Source of the DNA: Sedimentisphaerales bacterium
GTDB taxonomy: Bacteria; Planctomycetota; Phycisphaerae; Sedimentisphaerales; SM23-30
Length of the DNA: 64,000 nucleotides
Assembly (NCBI GenBank): GCA_963663965.2
Contig: CAXXFK010000013.1
Span: 160,001 to 224,000, forward strand
Direction: 5' to 3'
Both the position numbers and the translations under genes were made by a program. Positions 62,238-64,000 of this stretch are shown here, one piece after another; the stretch's first letter is position 1, and each line of letters opens with the position of its first letter. Under the pieces are notes generated by a model. It saw only the letters and a program-made list of their open reading frames with translations. It was not told where the DNA came from and searched no databases.

Positions 62238-63662
62238 ATGCAAAAAGTTAAAAACCTCTCACTGATAATCCTATTAATGACAGTTTGCGGATTATGGGGA
62301 CAGAATGAATCCGGGCCTTATTCCAGGCGTACCCCGATTGTCGAGGCGTTTGAACGCAACAAGGACGCGGTGGTGAGTATCACCAGCAAGACAGTGACGG
62401 AAGTGCGGGACAGTTTGTTCGATTTCTGGTCGATGGACAATTATCCTTTCAGCCGCAAGATGGTGGTGCCTTCGCTAGGGTCGGGATTTGTGATCAATCG
62501 CAAAGGGTATGTTATCACCAATAACCATGTGATTCAGGGCGCCGATGAGATTACGGTAAATATGGCCGATGGCCAGAAGTATGGCGCGACGGTGGTGGCG
62601 ACGAACAAGACCAGTGACCTGGCGGTGCTGAAGATTGACAGTGACAAGACCTTTCCGGCAGTGCAACTGGGTTATTCCGACGATTTGATGATCGGCGAGA
62701 CAGTGCTGGCGATCGGTAATCCTTATGGATACCAGCATACGCTGACGGATGGGATTATCAGCGCGATCCATCGTGATTTGCAGATGAGTGACGATGTGGT
62801 GATGCCCGATCTGATCCAGATCTCCGCGCCGATCAACCCGGGTAATTCAGGCGGGCCGCTGTTGAATATCAATGGGGAACTGATCGGGATCAATACCGCG
62901 ATTCGCAAGGCGGCCCAGGGAATCGGCTTTGCCATTCCGGTGGACCGGCTACGTCAGAGTATGGGCGATATGCTCAGTGTGGAGAAATTGAGGCGGATTG
63001 ACCTGGGGATGACGGTATGTGATTGCAAGCGACGCAGCGATTATAAAGGGAAGGCGGTTGGTTTGTTTGTCGAAACCATCAAACAGGACAGCGGATCGGC
63101 GCGGGCGGGATTTCGCGTGGGTGACGTCATTACCGGGCTGTCGGGTTTGGATACCCTGACCGAGATTGACTTTTATTTGAATCTGCTGGAGCGTCAGGAG
63201 AATGAGACCCTGGCTTTTGATGTGGATCGAAATGGTCAAAAGGTTCGACTCTCACTGGAATTGATTGTCAAGCCGAAGCCGGATGGCCAGGATCTGGCCC
63301 GCAAAATGTTTGGGTTTAATGTGATTCCGCTGACCGACCAGTTGAAGCGGAGCAAGGGATTGGCCGCGGGAGAGCGGGGTAATGTGCTGGTGAATATGGT
63401 GGATCGTGATTCGCCGGCGGACAACGCGGGAATTGAACAGGGTGATTTAATCGTCGCAATTAACGGAGAGCCGGTGAAAGATGTCGATCAGCTGGGATTA
63501 CTCATGGAGCAGATCCAGCCCGATATGATGGTGAATGTGACCATTTATCGTACCCGAACGAGCCGGTTTGGGTATCAGATCTTCCAATATGACGCCAAGT
63601 TGCGGGCACGGGATCCAGAAAATCCGGCAGCGGGGGCGACTACGCCGCGATTTTCATTATGA
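62238..63662 (+). CDS. HtrA/DegP-like serine protease with two PDZ domains
   Basis: Signal peptide; LGSGFVI, TNNHVI, DLAVLKI, INPGNSGGPL; two PDZ domains. Confidence 0.93.
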   Translation: MQKVKNLSLIILLMTVCGLWGQNESGPYSRRTPIVEAFERNKDAVVSITSKTVTEVRDSLFDFWSMDNYPFSRKMVVPSLGSGFVINRKGYVITNNHVIQGADEITVNMADGQKYGATVVATNKTSDLAVLKIDSDKTFPAVQLGYSDDLMIGETVLAIGNPYGYQHTLTDGIISAIHRDLQMSDDVVMPDLIQISAPINPGNSGGPLLNINGELIGINTAIRKAAQGIGFAIPVDRLRQSMGDMLSVEKLRRIDLGMTVCDCKRRSDYKGKAVGLFVETIKQDSGSARAGFRVGDVITGLSGLDTLTEIDFYLNLLERQENETLAFDVDRNGQKVRLSLELIVKPKPDGQDLARKMFGFNVIPLTDQLKRSKGLAAGERGNVLVNMVDRDSPADNAGIEQGDLIVAINGEPVKDVDQLGLLMEQIQPDMMVNVTIYRTRTSRFGYQIFQYDAKLRARDPENPAAGATTPRFSL

Positions 63663-63674
63663 TGGTGTGTTGGA

Positions 63675-64000
63675 TCAAGGCTGATAGCCCCACCAGGCTG
63701 AGGCGAATTTTTCCAGATTGGCATAGTTATTCTGCCAGGTGGTGTACATGATACCCTCGATGCGCGGGATGTCCGCCAGGGCGGATTGCCAGGCGCGATA
63801 ATCGGTATGCACATCGTTGTCATAATAGGCGGCGAGCATCTGGGTGTGGCCTCGATTTGCGAAAAATTGCAGGCCCGGGCGGCAGATGGCGCCGGTGCCC
63901 CATTTCATAATGATAATATCCGGGGTCAGGCCTTCCCAGGAGTTAGCCAGGGTATTGTTGACGAGATAATATTTGTCATGCGCGTTATGGTTGGGATCGA
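63675..64000 (-). CDS. C-terminal part of a hypothetical protein (possibly a TIM-barrel glycoside hydrolase-like domain), 5'-truncated
   Basis: Frame open to the window edge: DPNHNAHDKYYLVN...SWEGL...AAYYD...GIMYTTW. Confidence 0.55.
   Translation of the reverse strand, partial: DPNHNAHDKYYLVNNTLANSWEGLTPDIIIMKWGTGAICRPGLQFFANRGHTQMLAAYYDNDVHTDYRAWQSALADIPRIEGIMYTTWQNNYANLEKFASAWWGYQP

Noticed and set aside
1..64000. DGR template repeat, reverse transcriptase, transposase, integrase, tRNA or rRNA
   Set aside because: No AAC-rich copy of the VR and no RT, DDE, HUH or recombinase motifs or structural RNA genes were recognised by eye.

Overview
This 64 kb window is bacterial chromosome. The inferred source is a Planctomycetota / Phycisphaerae (Sedimentisphaerales-like) genome, based on dockerin-like tails, a PEP-CTERM protein, several sulfatases, an HTH-receiver regulator and bacterial Top6B. 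Genes in order: RND efflux operon (OMF-MFP-AcrB), PL11 rhamnogalacturonan lyase, dockerin-tailed secreted protein, DoxX, a MacAB-TolC-type ABC exporter operon, an HTH response regulator, a coiled-coil protein with an exact 39-residue repeat, MltA, a DUF362-like protein, a stand-alone homocysteine S-methyltransferase, and blaI-like repressor plus a 3438-aa BlaR1/M56 protein, with a perfect 22-bp operator in the promoter. A 34.8-45.5 kb tract follows (PhoD, three sulfatases, an FGE/CLec-fold gene) that carries many single-base indels, most likely long-read errors. Then come an M20 amidohydrolase, a secreted ADP-ribosylglycohydrolase, top6B with no adjacent top6A, uppP, pgpA, a PEP-CTERM protein, tricorn and HtrA proteases. 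Best leads: (1) an FGE/CLec gene whose 3' end looks like a diversity-generating retroelement variable region, with no RT or template in the window; (2) nested miniature hairpin elements, including a 30-nt unit seen at filled and empty sites; (3) an 86-bp structured repeat present twice, 60 kb apart; (4) the giant modular BlaR1-like sensor. No rRNA, tRNA, CRISPR array, transposase or integrase was recognised. All calls come from reading motifs by eye; no database searches were run.
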